Position numbers and translations under genes: made by a program. A stretch of 64,000 nt of DNA from Zancudomyces culisetae HAW-14-8. Lineage: Eukaryota > Fungi > Kickxellomycota. The notes beneath the pieces are model-generated. The model was not told where the DNA came from and did not search any database. It saw nothing but the letters and a program-made list of their open reading frames with translations. Of the stretch, positions 12,616 through 28,859 are shown piece after piece (within the stretch, counting starts at the first letter, position 1; every line of letters begins with the position of its first letter). The stretch lies in assembly GCA_052426225.1 (NCBI GenBank), contig JBNJNM010000007.1, positions 496,001 to 560,000 on the forward strand. Direction: 5' to 3'.

Positions 12616-13782
12616 ATGGCAGAAAGAAAAAGTGTGAACAAGTATTACCCGCCAGACTGGGACCCTAGCAAGGGTAGTATAAATGCATATGTGGGACAAC
12701 ACCCACTAAGAGATAGAGCCAGAAAACTGGATCAAGGAATACTTATTATAAGGTAGAAACGCAAAGTCTATAGCCTTTCATTTTGCTATTGATCCGATTC
12801 TTGCGGTATTTGTAGTGAAATAATTATGCTACTAAAATAGATTTGAAATGCCATTTAATATATGGTGTGAGGGCTGTGGAGAAATGATAGCTACTGGGAT
12901 AAGATTTAATGCAGAAAAGAAAAAAATAGGCAATTATTACAGCACACCAGTTTACAGCTTCAGGATGAAGTGTAGATTCTGTGGAAACTGGATTGAAATT
13001 CATACAGATCCAAAGGTAAGACTAGTTTAGCCTATTTGGCTAGTTTTATGGATATGTATAACTCTGATTTACAACTTTGGATTGGAAATGAAGGAAAAAA
13101 ATAATAAGCTTTTGGCTTTTATGATAGAACTCCAAGTACACAGTTATTGAGGGAGCAAAGAAAAAGACAGAGGAAGAGGATGGTGAAGGGGAAGAAAAAA
13201 GTAAGAGAAGAATATATTGATGATTGATGCAATAGTTTCATGTTTTTTAAACGCAATGATGGGTTGTGTAGAGATGTATATATATATATAAACAAATATA
13301 AACATAATAATAATTAAATAAATCTAGGAAAACTACATGAGGAGAAGAAAAGAAGAATGACAGACGCGATATTCGAGCTGGAAAGAAAGAAAAAAGACGA
13401 AGAGAAGAAAAAGCGAGACGAGGAGAGGATCCAGCAGTTGATGATGGATAACAACAACAAGTGGGAGAATAGCGGCCGAATGAACAGCATTCTAAGGGAC
13501 AAATTCCGAACGAAAAAAAAGGAGAGGGAAGCCAAACAAGCGGAAAACGACAAGATTATTAACAAATACAGATTGGGCGTTACCCAGCTGCAGGAACCAA
13601 GCGAAGAAGACAATGTTCAGGCAAAGAAGGTTAGGCTTGACCGCTTGTCATCAAAAGATAACAGAAAGCTAAACGAGTTGAAGAAAGCCGCAGCAATTTC
13701 GACTGAGGAGGAGAAGGGAAAAAGCGCAGCCTCGAGGCATCTCAGAAAACTTGCAGCCCAAAAACATAATTTTTTCACATAA
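12616..13782 (+). CDS. CCDC130: Splicing factor CCDC130/YJU2B (Saf4/Yju2 family), 279 aa, 4 exons (12616-12752, 12841-13015, 13128-13200, 13328-13782)
   Basis: MAERKSVNKYYPPDWDP..HPLRDRARKLDQGILIIRFEMPFNIWCEGC..GIRFNAEKKKIGNYYSTP..RMKCRFC..IHTDPKN. Exons sum to 840 nt. Confidence 0.9.
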
Positions 13783-13797
13783 AGCCAAAAGTTTACA

Positions 13798-14999
13798 TTA
13801 CTTCCTGCTGCGTTGTGGAGCAGTGGACCATCCAAAGTTTGCGTGAATCACAAACCGCCTTAATGGCTTTTTACGAAAAGAAGTTGTTACAACACCCGCC
13901 TCAGATTTTGGCCCACCCTGGAATGATGATGCCTCGCTTAATAGAGGAGTATTTGTGTGTGATAGGAACCCCATATACATACCCCGTTGTGGAATTTGCA
14001 ACTGCAATGACTGTTGCTGTTGCTTTATAGGCTGCACGGAGAGTCTCCGAGCGAGCGAATTGAGTTTGGCTGTGCTGTTGCGTTCGCACGCTTCTTTGCA
14101 CCTTTGCCAGTCGTCGTGGAGGAAGGTATCCATCAAGGCCATTGCCCCAGGTGCCTCCGACTCTGACTTGAACATCCGTTCAGCATTGATATCGGCATCC
14201 TGCATGTCTTTCTCCACAAGCGTCTCTAGATCTTCCATGTCTGTGTTCAGGCTTTTACGGCTCATTTCGTGCACTATCTTTGGCAAATCTTCCTCAAAAA
14301 GCTTCTCTAAAACCTTTTCGATATTTCTTTGTATCTCCCTCTCTACGCTTTTAAAACTTGCAAAGCTGCTTTCCACTTTCACCGAAACCATTGGGTTATT
14401 CTTGAAGACCAGTGTTACACCTCCCCGCTTAGACACGGACAACACTATTATTCCGTTGAGTTTAACCTCAGAAATCTTTAGAAACATGGGTACAATCAAT
14501 GGTAGCCCCGCCGCGACCATTTCTATTCTTGGGAATGTTGGTAGATCGTGTTCATACTCGGGAACTGGATTCGCTTGAACCTTGGTTTGAAACACTAGAC
14601 GTAAGTTTCCATCATAGGTCATTTTAAAGATTGCTTTAAACTTTTCTTCATCTAAATCTGTGACTTCCAATATCTCCAGTATTGGTGCCTATTATTGTAT
14701 AGATGTTTTTTTTAATTAAAAAAAAGGCATACTTTTTATATTAAATGCGAAGCGGGCACTCGATGCATATTAATTCAGCTATACATCAATTTCTATAAAG
14801 AGTAAATAGAAACACGTGTAAGCGGTATCTTTATATGTTATCCTACCTTTTCACCGAAATGCAAGTCCGATACTTTAATTTCGCCCACAATATTTTCTGG
14901 CAATTTTTCTGCATTCTTCTGTAAAGCCTTTGACAGCAGTATTCTTATTTCTTCAATGTACTCGGGTTTAAAATCGCCCCACTTGAATCTGAATGCCAT
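13798..14999 (-). CDS. MDM34: ERMES subunit Mdm34 (SMP domain), 347 aa, 2 exons (14999-14847, 14688-13798)
   Basis: MAFRFKWGDF..NIVGEIKVSDLHFGEKAPILEILEV..QTKVQANP..PLIVPMFLKISEVKLNGIIVL..GVTLVFKNNP..VKVESSF..EDLPKIVHEMS. Confidence 0.9.
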
Positions 15000-17744
15000 A
15001 TTATTTGATTTCTAGACTTTTATCATTACAATTACTTATCACTTTGCTGCATAAAAAAAAACCAATTCTTAAATTTGGTTTTATCTTGTGTAGAGTTGTA
15101 TTATATGCTTTCTATTTATGTTTATTTTTTTTCTAGGCACATTTTGCTCGGCTTTAAATGTAAAAACTATGTTTTTTTATCCAAATTATCACTAAATGTT
15201 CTGTCCTAATGAACGCTTTTTTCTGAACAGAGCAATGTCAGAACAATCCAGTCCTTATCTAAGTGTGATGGTAGCTAGCCAACAAATTCCTGGAACTCTT
15301 TTTTTCGTGCTTCAAAAAAAAAAATTTTTTTTTTGGTTTAATGGTCTTATAATGCGAGACTTGAAGAAAATAAGTATGATTTGTGTAAGCTAAATAATTT
15401 TATCACGTGCGAAACCCAAAGCACTCTTGGGAGGCAGTACCCATATCCGTGCAAATATTACGCATTGATTGCAAATTCGCCATAGGCCTATTACAGCACA
15501 GCTTTTTTATCCACAATTTCCTATTTAGTTCTCAAATCAAAGTGAGGAAAATTCACAATAAGTGTTGGCTTGGTGTTTTTTTGATTTTATCATAGCCATA
15601 CATTGTGAGCATTCCATACATAATATACCCAGTATTAACCTAAACAATGTCACACATGTTTGATTTGTATTTCAATTCTTAGCTATCATACCAAAGGTTT
15701 TAATCCTATATCTTTCTAACAATAGATTATCAGTTACAGTAATAAAACTTGGAGCATCTAGCATTTAGTAAATAGAATGGAGTCAAGACTTGTGTGATAG
15801 CTAGTTTCTTAGTCGTATACGACTATGTATTTACGTATTTCTACCTCATACTTTAACTTTACCCTAAACTCTGGTTTATGTACCAGACACTTTCCAAGTA
15901 TTGCATGCTGGCTGGTCAAAGCAATTTTCTCTCAACTGTTATCACGTTGTTTTTTATTATTGTTATTATTAAACTTCAGGTTTTAGTTTCCCGCAACTAT
16001 ATAGCAGACCAATCCATAATTGAATAAATATGGCGTGACACCTATTGTTTTGCTCTAATATGTGAAACTTGATAATATTCAACACAACTAATTATAACTA
16101 GAAAAGAAAGTTTAGTACTGGCCCGAGTATATGTACGCAATTGTAAAATTCCCTCAATATTTTTTTATCCACTTAGAATGTGTAAATGAAAAAGTGAGTG
16201 AAAAAAAATCAATGGAATGGATAAATCGCAAATTTGGTTTCAATAAAAGCAGTCTAACCAAAACAAAAACGACAGCTAGATTCTGCATTTTTGTTATACA
16301 CTAACCAACCCTTTACCTGTAAAGTGCATTTAGAGTGTAGTTTAATTTATACATTAAATTTTCTCACAATTTGGCTTCATATAGCTACATACACATATCC
16401 ATAATTCGGCGATGCATGAACTGGTTTAATCTAACTTGTATCATTCATAAGTACTCTGGTGTTACTATGTACAATTCTTTGGTGTGACAATGAACCTTTT
16501 AGTAGGCCTATAATTGCTACTCTACAGTGGCAAAACAAAAGAGCAAGTAGTTTTTCATATGGTTATATTGGTAGCTCAAATTTTCCTACCACCAGAACTT
16601 ATTGTTCATGATTTTGATTTACTGTTGAAGCTCTGCATAGGTAGTAGACTGGCTAGACTGGCGTTTCTAGTATGATCTGCGGTTGATTACATTGGAAAAG
16701 CAACAGCTAGACTCCTCGCTCGCCACCATTAACGGAAAGCCTTATTTAAATAAAATGAAGGATTTAATCTAGATCATATGCACATTAACATAGAAATACT
16801 TGTATATTTTCAAGTGTTTAATATTTGGTTTGCATTATTTTAATGGTATAATAAACTTTTAATTAAGCTATTGTTTATACTGGTGCTGATAAGCTCAAAA
16901 CCTATCTTTTTTTCATCTGCCTAAACCAGTCAAATGGAAGTGTGTATATTACTATACTAGCAAAAATCCACGTTTTTCTAGAATTAATTTCAGTTGATCT
17001 AGATTCCAAGAGCCACAATGATCATTACATTAAATACATTTAAGGTAATATATCCGATATGAACATATCCGTTGCATTTATTTTAATTTATCCGAATATA
17101 CCAGTAGTAAAGCCAATCAGCTGACTGAGGCTATTACACCTTTTTTCCACCTCACTTTTCTTTTTTTGCATTAAATATTAAAAGTCAATGGCTCTAGTCA
17201 CGGATTAATTATACCTTACTACTCATACACATGTCGCCATAAACCTAGTTTCGAACATATTTGCTTAATCGAATATATATTACGCATTAATTTTAAGAAA
17301 TCCGCTTTATTAACATTGATTTACAAGTGTCTGTCAGCCTCTAGGAAACGAAAGCAAATGATCGATGTAATATAAATCTAATAAAGTAGTTTTGTAATTC
17401 AGAAAAACATACTTGCAAATGCAATATTAAACTGTTGAGTTACGGCTACTTAGAGGCTCTTCTAATATTATATCCCAGAGCTAGAGTTGGCTACTCAAGC
17501 ATACGCACATAATTAAGTGCTAGCCCTAGGCACGATATGCTTGAAACATGGTTCATTTAAACTATTGTATAGCTTATTGCGCCTAGTTGCGATTTACACA
17601 TGAATTTTAATATAACTGCAAACTCACTTTTACAAGCCCGCCAAAACAATCTACAGAGCAATCAACTTTCTTAACTATGTATGTATATATGTTTCTAAAT
17701 ATGATTAAGACTATACTTGATATAGTAAAAAAAAGTGTGACGAG

Positions 17745-17758
17745 AAAAAGTATATAAG
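17745..17758 (+). promoter_or_regulatory. Putative TATA box (AAAAAGTATATAAG) of the glutaredoxin gene
   Basis: About 95 bp upstream of the ATG, followed by a pyrimidine-rich stretch and an A-rich leader. Confidence 0.55.
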
Positions 17759-17851
17759 GCATGGAAAAACCTCCGTTCTGTTCTACCTTATCTACTCCAC
17801 TCTCTACTGGAAATAGTATACAAAAAAAAACAACTCAAGAACTAACTCAAA

Positions 17852-18151
17852 ATGAAGATGGTAAAGGACCAAATCAAGGCTACTATCAGCAGCAACCCTG
17901 TTGTCATGTACTCAAAGTCAACTTGCCCACAGTGCACCCAGGCCAAGACTGACCTCGAGAAGAACAACCTCAAGGCCAAGATCATCGAGATCGATACTGC
18001 TGACAACGGAAGAGAGATCCAAAAGGCCCTCAAGGAGTTGACCCGCAAGGACACTGTCCCAAGCATTTTTATCAACAAGAGACACATCGGAGGTGCCAAC
18101 GAGTTGTCCAAGAAGCTTGCTTCCGGAGAACTCAAGCAAATGCTCGAATAA
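17852..18151 (+). CDS. Dithiol glutaredoxin (CPQC active site), 99 aa, intronless
   Basis: VVMYSKSTCPQC, TVPSIFINKRHIGG, and C-terminal SGELKQML. C/G-ending codon bias resembles RPS15, suggesting high expression. Confidence 0.92.
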   Translation: MKMVKDQIKATISSNPVVMYSKSTCPQCTQAKTDLEKNNLKAKIIEIDTADNGREIQKALKELTRKDTVPSIFINKRHIGGANELSKKLASGELKQMLE

Positions 18152-19408
18152 GAGGTTCACCCATTCTTGATTTATAGGTATCATTTCTTTTGAAAGTTCC
18201 ATTCACCTAAATAAATCGCATCGTTCTCCAAAATGATAATGTTTTTTTTTTCTGCAAATATGCATCACATAAGTGTAAGGCGTAGTGTTAAAGGTACCTC
18301 TTTTGACTTTTTACGTAATTCTCATGAGAGGTTTAGAATGTTCGATTGGCTCTATTAGGGACCGGGTGTGTGTATAGATTTACACAGAAGTCTGTGCTTA
18401 GATAGGCTCTAGGTATATTTCTGGAAACTACGGCTATAAGCACACAAAAAAAAAGTATTTGACCATTCGTAGTTAATAACCAAGAAATGCGATATTGTCA
18501 TCAATTGCCAATGCTAATGGGCAAATGGTTGAAAATGGTGGTTTTGTGTTGCGAATTGGAGCATCAGTGAAAATACTGCCTACAGAGTATTAGCTAATCC
18601 ACGCCTTTTAGAAAGAAAGTATTTTATTTCCCGATGTTTAATCAACTCCCACTATCTGGCATACATTTCAGGCAAAGTTTACAAAATTTACTATCTTTTA
18701 TACAAAAGCGTGATTTTTGATGAAACGAGCGGAGCCAATCATCCGGTAGTGACTGTGCATTTTTTCTAACAACACTATCTAAATGTTTCATCCAGGGCTT
18801 TCTATTACTTTGGCTCTGAAATACCCAAGTCAATGCCACATAGTGCAAGATCACATGCAGTTTCAAACAGACTTACATTTAGCTCTATTAAATGCCTATT
18901 CAGGACAAGCAAGTAGATAGAAATACCCGATCCGGATAAGGGGTCGATAAGTTTTATAGTTTCAAAGATGAAGGGAAAATGTTGTTGCAATCGAAATGAA
19001 ATACAAATTGTAGAGTGTTCATCCAAAAGCTGGATAGCACAGGCTAATTACAACATGTATCAAGGCGTGTAGTCGCAAATGGACTTTAAATAGCTCTTAA
19101 AGGTTCAAGCCGTTGATTTCCAATGATTTACTTTCACATTTGACTATATTATATAACTTTTGAAACACAATATATTTGTTTGAACTGAAAGAGGGAAACA
19201 AGGAATCAAAATGCTGAAAGAAGGGAGAAAAAAGGGGGGGGGAGGAAAGTACAGATTAGTTTGAATAAGGTCTGACAAACATACATCGCCATACTTTCCG
19301 TTTTATTAAGATATAAATGCCCCCATTGTTCCACTTTTTGCGGCTATCATTATAACACTTATTATTGCTACCAATCTATCCACATCAAAAGTTTACTAAC
19401 TTTTAAAA

Positions 19409-20870
19409 ATGAAAAGATTAGAAATAACAAATATTTTGGTACTTGTTCTCGGTGCCATATGTAAATCAGGTGCTGAGCTGATAGAGCTAAACAAAGTAAC
19501 TGATGTAAGCTCACCACAATTTTATTGCCAGGCAGACTTTCCAAGTGTCAACAATTACACTCCACTAGAAAACAGCAAACTGATATTTGTGCAAACGGTG
19601 TTCAGACACGGTGATAGAACACCGACTTATATTGCACCGGGTGATACCACAGATTGGAATATTTGTAATTACAAGAACTACATCAATGAAGCCCAGGATG
19701 CAGCAAAGAGCGGTTTAGGCACAAGGATAAAGGCATACACTCAATACTCTAGCACAAAGCAGCTAAACTACACCGGAATATTCTGGAAGGGAAATTGTCA
19801 ACGTGGGCAACTTAGTGTAAAAGGCGCAAATCAATTAGAGACATTAGGAAGTGAGTTAAGAAAGATCTATGTCGATAAGTTGCAGTTTTTGGACAGTGAA
19901 TTGAAGGATGCAAATATAAAAGTCCGCCATACATATGTTTCGTAAGTACTAAATATTGTACACTCTAACCAAATACTTTAACTAATATTTTTTAAAAAAT
20001 AACTATAAAAATAGCCGGACTCTAGCCTCCGCAGAAAGCTTTATAGGTGGATTATACCCTCCGGAATGTGGTGGCGATGGAAGAGTGGATTTTGTTATCG
20101 TACCACAGGAAATAGATAGTATGTTCATCAATACTGCTCTTTGTCCCCGACTTTCCCAAATTAGATCTATGATGAAAAGTACAACCAAATACCAGACATA
20201 CTTTAACAGTACCTATGCCGATTTTGTGAGGCTAAACAAAATCTTAAAGTACTCACCACAAACAGCTACAAACTCATCAATCGCATTTGTTCTTGCCGCT
20301 GACGTTTTTTTGCCCATCGAGTGTAACAATAAACCAAAGTTGTGCAGTGATGGAACCTGCGTTACTGATGGTGATGTCGCACTATCCTCAAGCAACACGC
20401 AACTCGAATTCCAAGATCTTAGACACTTCAGTCCTTATTCTCAAGAGTTTAATCGGTTGACAGGTGGGGCCATGCTATCACAACTTCTTGATGAACTCTC
20501 ATATCAAATAAACTACTCGGCTAATGCAAAATCATCCGATGAACAAAGCACCCGCCCAGTACGCATGAGCGTGTACTCAGGTCATGATGAAACAATTGCT
20601 GGTATTTTGAGTATATTTAAGGTAAAGAATCTCGAAGCATATCTGCCACCTTATGCCTCAAGCATAATTACTGAAGTCTGGCAAAATGATCTTGATAAAA
20701 AGTACTACCTCAGAATAATGTACAATGGCAAAACTGTCGCTCTGCTTCCAAATAGCGAAACACAAGCTCTTTGGTGTGACATGAACAAGTGTGACTGGGA
20801 CACCTATCGGGACTATATTTCAAAATCTGTACCAACAGACCTCTACCAAGAGTGCAAAGTGAAACAGTAG
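19409..20870 (+). CDS. Secreted/vacuolar histidine acid phosphatase (branch 2, ACP2/ACP6-like), 462 aa, 2 exons (19409-19941, 20015-20870)
   Basis: Signal peptide, RHGDRTP catalytic motif, GQLS, RTLASA, SGHDET and PPYAS. Intron GTAAGT..ACTAAT..ATAG restores the frame. Confidence 0.9.
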
Positions 20871-22040
20871 TGGCTTATTTCTACTACCTGTTCTAGGCTT
20901 ATTTTGTTTTTTTATTTTTTATTCAAACACAAGATGTAGTAGTTATTTTCTCTCACAACACATACTTTACACAATAAAATCAACAGGTATATGATATCAA
21001 AATGGTTTTTTTTACTTCTATTAATTCTGGCACTAATGATGACAAAAAACAACAATGTTAGGGTGGATGCATTATACCATTGTGTATTAGTAAGAAAGGT
21101 TGATTCACTCCTTGTCAGATTAGTGTGAAATATATCACAAATATCATGTATTATAAATTGGCCCAACGACCCCTTTCCCTCTCCCCCTCCTCCTGTATTG
21201 ATTACAGCACTACACGTGCAGATACGGTAGTAAAATTGCATTTGTTTCTTTTTTTAGGGGGGGACGATTGGGTTGCAACTCTGTAACGTCCAATATAGTT
21301 GCAATACACAAAATGCAAAATTAGCAAACCACATGGTATGCCGATTAGTCTTTAAGACACTGTTGGCATTGGAGTTGGTGTTTTAGTCAATTTAAGTTTC
21401 TAGTGCCTAAAAAAATATTTTTCGGAATAGTTTGGGCGATTAAAAATGCCTATTGAGCTTTTCACATGCTGTCCTGAAAATGCGCATACAATCTTTAAAC
21501 TAGGGGCTACCCTTACAATTCGAGAAATACCAGGGATCATTAAAGGCAAAAGTCCACGAATAGCAACTAATAGCGTTAAAAGTCAGAAGCCCAAATTTTT
21601 ATTGGGAGAAATAGCCTACAAAAAGCAAGTTAATCAGATTAGTGGTGGAGCGGATCTTAAATAACTGTAGCACTGGTTGTGAAAAATAGCAGCAAATCAA
21701 ACAAAAAAATTTTTTTTAAATGCATCTTTTGTTTACGACGCTTTTTCATAAGCAATTCAATAATAGGCAGAATTGAACTGGTGACATAAGTTTAATAAAT
21801 CGATGAAGTCTTATTTGCCACTAAAAAAATTTTTCTATTTAAATCGATAAAAGAGGAGAAAATTCGGCACATGAAAATGAGCTAACAGAAGCTTAGACAA
21901 GAAAATAGACAGTATATATGTACGCCTTAAGGAACGTAAGTGCTATAAAACACCATACGAGACAAGCTGTTTCTATCGCTAGTAGAAAAAACTTCTATTC
22001 AATAAATTCAAAGAATACACCAAGCAAATTCACCAAAAAA

Positions 22041-23551
22041 ATGGAAAAAGTTTGTGTATACGGTTCTGGTAATTGGTAAGTTGTTCTAACCTTTTGCTGT
22101 TTAAGCTGACAATTTGAAGACACAATCACATATTTTGTGGAAAAGCAGCAAGAATTATAAAAAAAAAGGTGTTGAATGTCTAAAGCTTGGAATGTGTAGC
22201 CCAGAAAAACACAACGTTTTTTGTGAGACATATGTATACATCTCGATTGAAAAAAACGAGTTATTGTTAAGCCTGGACAAAAGCTGAGGAAGGGGAGGGG
22301 GGAGAATGATTGTATATATGTTTATTTCTTTGTGGAGATCTAACAGGAATGCGAAGTGCACAAGTATAACGAAAATATTATAATTGATAGGGGTACCACT
22401 GCGGCCAGAATTATAGCCGAGAATATAGTAAAATATCCAAATGAGTTCAACAAAACTGTCACATTTTATGTTCACCCTATGGATGTAAATGGTAAACAGC
22501 TGACAGATATTATCAACGAGACTCATGAGAATGTAAAATATCTTCCAGGTTACAAAATACCTGAAAACGTAGTTGCAACATCAGATATCAACGAAGCCCT
22601 AAAGGATGTAACAATGATGGTTTTGGTGGTTCCCCACCAGTTTTTGGACGGATCATTAAAACAAATCATTGATTGTATTGACGGGCCAAATGGCGAGAAT
22701 GCCAAAAATAGAAAACTTAAAAAAGTCATTTCATTGATTAAGGGTTTGACTATTACTGAGGAAAACATTGAAACCATTACTCAATTTGTTGAACGCAAGT
22801 TGAATATTAAAGCAAGCGTTTTGAGCGGAGCAAATGTAGCAACTGAAATTGCAAGTAGGGAGTTTTCAGAAACTACTATTGGATACCATGACTTGGAAGA
22901 AGCCAAACAATGGAAAAAGCTCTTTGAAACTGACTACTTCCTTGTCAGATGTATTGAAGATGTCTATGGAGTTGAAGTATGCGGTGCACTGAAAAACATC
23001 GTAGCTGTCGGTGTTGGAATTGCAGAAGGATTAGGGTAAGTTTGGAAGTGGAATGTGAGAGGTGGGAGCAAAGGTAGATTACAAGGGTTTTGCCTTTTAT
23101 TTTCTGCATACCCTTTCTCTAAAAAAAAAAGCGTTACTAAAGTTTTATGAAAAAAAATAGATGTGGAGGTAATGCAAAGGCTGCAATCATACGTGAGGGG
23201 TTAATGGAAACAAATAATTTTGGTAAACATGCGTTTAATACATTCAGAAACGCCACCCTGGTAGAGAGTTGTGGAATGGCTGATATGATTGCGTCCAGCA
23301 TAGGCGGACGAAATTACAGACTCAGTGCAGAATTTGTAAGAACAGGAAAGTCATTTGATGTGCTCGAAAACGAGCTCATAGGCGGACAAAAGCTACAGGG
23401 CCCTTCCACTTCGTTGGAGGTGTATTTGTTTTTGAAAGCATCCAATATGCTCGATAAATTCCCATTGTTTGTCAACATTTACAGAATATGTTATGAGAAA
23501 GCACCCCCAGCTTCAATCTTTAACTACGCAATGATTAACAGTCAACTCTAA
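22041..23551 (+). CDS. GPD1: NAD-dependent glycerol-3-phosphate dehydrogenase, 356 aa, 3 exons (22041-22075, 22391-23035, 23161-23551)
   Basis: KVCVYGSGNWGT, ENVKYLPG, VPHQF, ISLIKG, LSGANVA, VEVCGALKNIVA, ESCGMADMIAS..GGRN, GQKLQG. Exons sum to 1071 nt. Confidence 0.95.
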
Positions 23552-23605
23552 ATAAAATGAGTGAAAGCAAAAAAAGAAAGTGGTGGAAGGGCCTATGTAT
23601 ATTCT

Positions 23606-26393
<2,788 letters not shown>

Positions 26394-28859
26394 TTTTCCT
26401 GTTTTGTAGACAGATTTAAACACTTGTTTTTAATAGTAGTTGTAGTTTTAGTTGTAGTTGTGTCTATCTGTATGTGTATATGTGTGTATATAGACGTTAT
26501 CCAGGTCAAGTATCGAAAATGTAACACGCAACTGTGATTAAAAGTTCAAGCTGGAAAGTAAAAACGAAAAGCAACAAACGAACTGGGCATTGGTTTATTA
26601 TCGGTGTTTTCGCTTTCGGTTTTTGCGCTTTCTTGAGTTTTTGAAGTACCAGGATTCGCAATTTGCAATTCGTCAATTCGCCAATTCGCCAGCTCATTAA
26701 TTGGCCAATTATCAATGCATACTTAACATAATCACAGTTCATTGCACAAATCGAATATGTGATTTGTTCATTCAAAGATTCAATGTTTATGATTCAACCC
26801 AACTTCAGGCTGCAAATAATATTCTTCCATCCTCCATCTTTCATCTTTCATCTTTCATCTTCCATCCTCCATCTTCCATCTTCCATCCTCCACCTTCCAT
26901 CTTTCATCTTCCATCTTTCACAATATACCTACATAGACATAGACATAGACATAGACATACCCAAACCAACCACAACACCAACCACAATACCAATAGTTGG
27001 GTATAAGCGCACTCTTTGTGAGGTTATTAATATTTTACTCACCAGAATCTTGCAATAGCTTTTCAAAAAAAAATTCTAAACTAGCTATGTGTAAATATAG
27101 ATACTATTTTCTATATAATTGTAATTGTAAAACATCTTGTATACTATTACTTTAAACCATTTCTTTTATTTATTTGGTATAGTTGGTCAGATTTCGTTAT
27201 TATTTTTCATCATCTTTCAAATAACACATTTCAGGTTTTATCCTGCTAGTTATTTTTATCCTCAGTTAAAAATAAAATTTTGGCTAAAATTCATCATATG
27301 ATATTTTTTATTTTACACCAACAAGTATTAAAGACTTATAACTCGAGAAATAATATATAATCCGATAGGCATGACACTCTGTCTTCCAGTATTTGAAGCA
27401 GGTAGTTGTGAAGTTAACAAGCACATTCTCCCTTCATGTTAGAATTTGTCTCGTCAGAATTTTGCTTAGGTACATTTCCTATGGGAATACTGACCACCGT
27501 ATTGTTATAAAGTGGCTAGCTTACAACTGTTAAGTTAGGTAAGAGTTGCACCATCATCATTATTTGGATCTGCATTTCTAGCTTGAGTTAATACTTTGTT
27601 GGCCTATTAATATATACTTGCCTTAATTTGTATTGGCTTAAGTTTTCTTTTATTCTTTTTTTTGCCATGTACACTTTGTAGTATGGTGGTACTTTTTTGA
27701 AGATAAAAATTTAAGCATTGTTTTTGAATATGCCGACATAATCGATGATGCATTCTATGCATGTTGAATCCGTATATCTAGGACATTTAAGTTTCCTACC
27801 CTCTTCCATTTCTAAAACTAGAATATTTTCCTATTCCCATATTCAAAGAATTCATGTATCCATGCACAATGGCCTAGAATGCTTGTACCCTCTTTGTATA
27901 CTCAAGCTTTTTACGGCTTCTTTAGAAACGAATGAGTAGAAAATGCAGTTTTTATTTTAAAAAATAAAGGAAACTAGTGCCGCTTTCTAATATTTCCGCA
28001 TTTTATGACCATGAGTCAAAGCACAGTTTAGGTTGTGGTAGTTGATTGATATTGCATGTATTCCTCTATATGTTGATATCAACAACGTGTTCTTTATAAT
28101 TTATATAACCGCTTTTTTTTCTGAACCAATAGATTCTGATTTTTTGATGGATTATGATAATCTGATTTTGCAGTAAATTACCGCACTGCACTGCGTTGTT
28201 GTAAAAAATTTCTTTTCGTTGGTATATATCCCTATTTGTCTAATTTACAGGCCATCTGAGGTATAAATACATTAATTAAACTGCTGAATTAGCTTGCACC
28301 AGTAACCAAACAATGAATATTGTAAATTATACAATTTCTCGTCCTTTAAAAGTAGATGGAGGCTCTCAAGGCTTTGAGAGAGTGATGAGAGGGGAATAGA
28401 ATAACCATTAAGGGTAGAAAATCCTCGTCAATATAATACAAACTGATCAAGTTATCTACTGAAAAGGCATTCTTTCCCTTTCCCTTTTCCTTTTTCCTTC
28501 TCATCCCTTGTTTTTCAGCATTTTGCACTTTCTGTTTCTACTACCTCACAAGCCACCATCGACAGGGTCTATTTAAACAGTATATGTGATTGTCCTGATA
28601 TCTCCTTTTTAATCGAGCACTTTTTGAACAATTAAATGATAATTATCTCGTGAAGTTATAGGGTACACATTTTTATTTTTATACAAAGAATAGTTTACAG
28701 ATGCTAAAAATAAAATATAATAATGCGAAAATCAGTAAATTTAGTAGATTGTTTGAAAATGCATTTAAAAAATATCTCTGGTGGGTCTCCATAACAATTT
28801 TGATTGTTTACAAAGTCTATTCTAACTATCAGCTTGGTCCCAAATCAAAAAAAATTATG

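Noticed and set aside
17852-18250. Possible selenoprotein status of the glutaredoxin or the thioredoxin, since some early-diverging fungi use Sec
   Set aside because: All redox-motif residues are TGC/TGT codons; there is no in-frame TGA and no recognisable SECIS.
27414-27515. Minus-strand 33-codon stretch after a CTAAC..TAG acceptor-like site, ending NMKGECAC-stop like a Rab CxC tail
   Set aside because: No GTPase motifs (GxxxxGK, DTAGQE, NKxD) found upstream; chance or an unidentifiable remnant.
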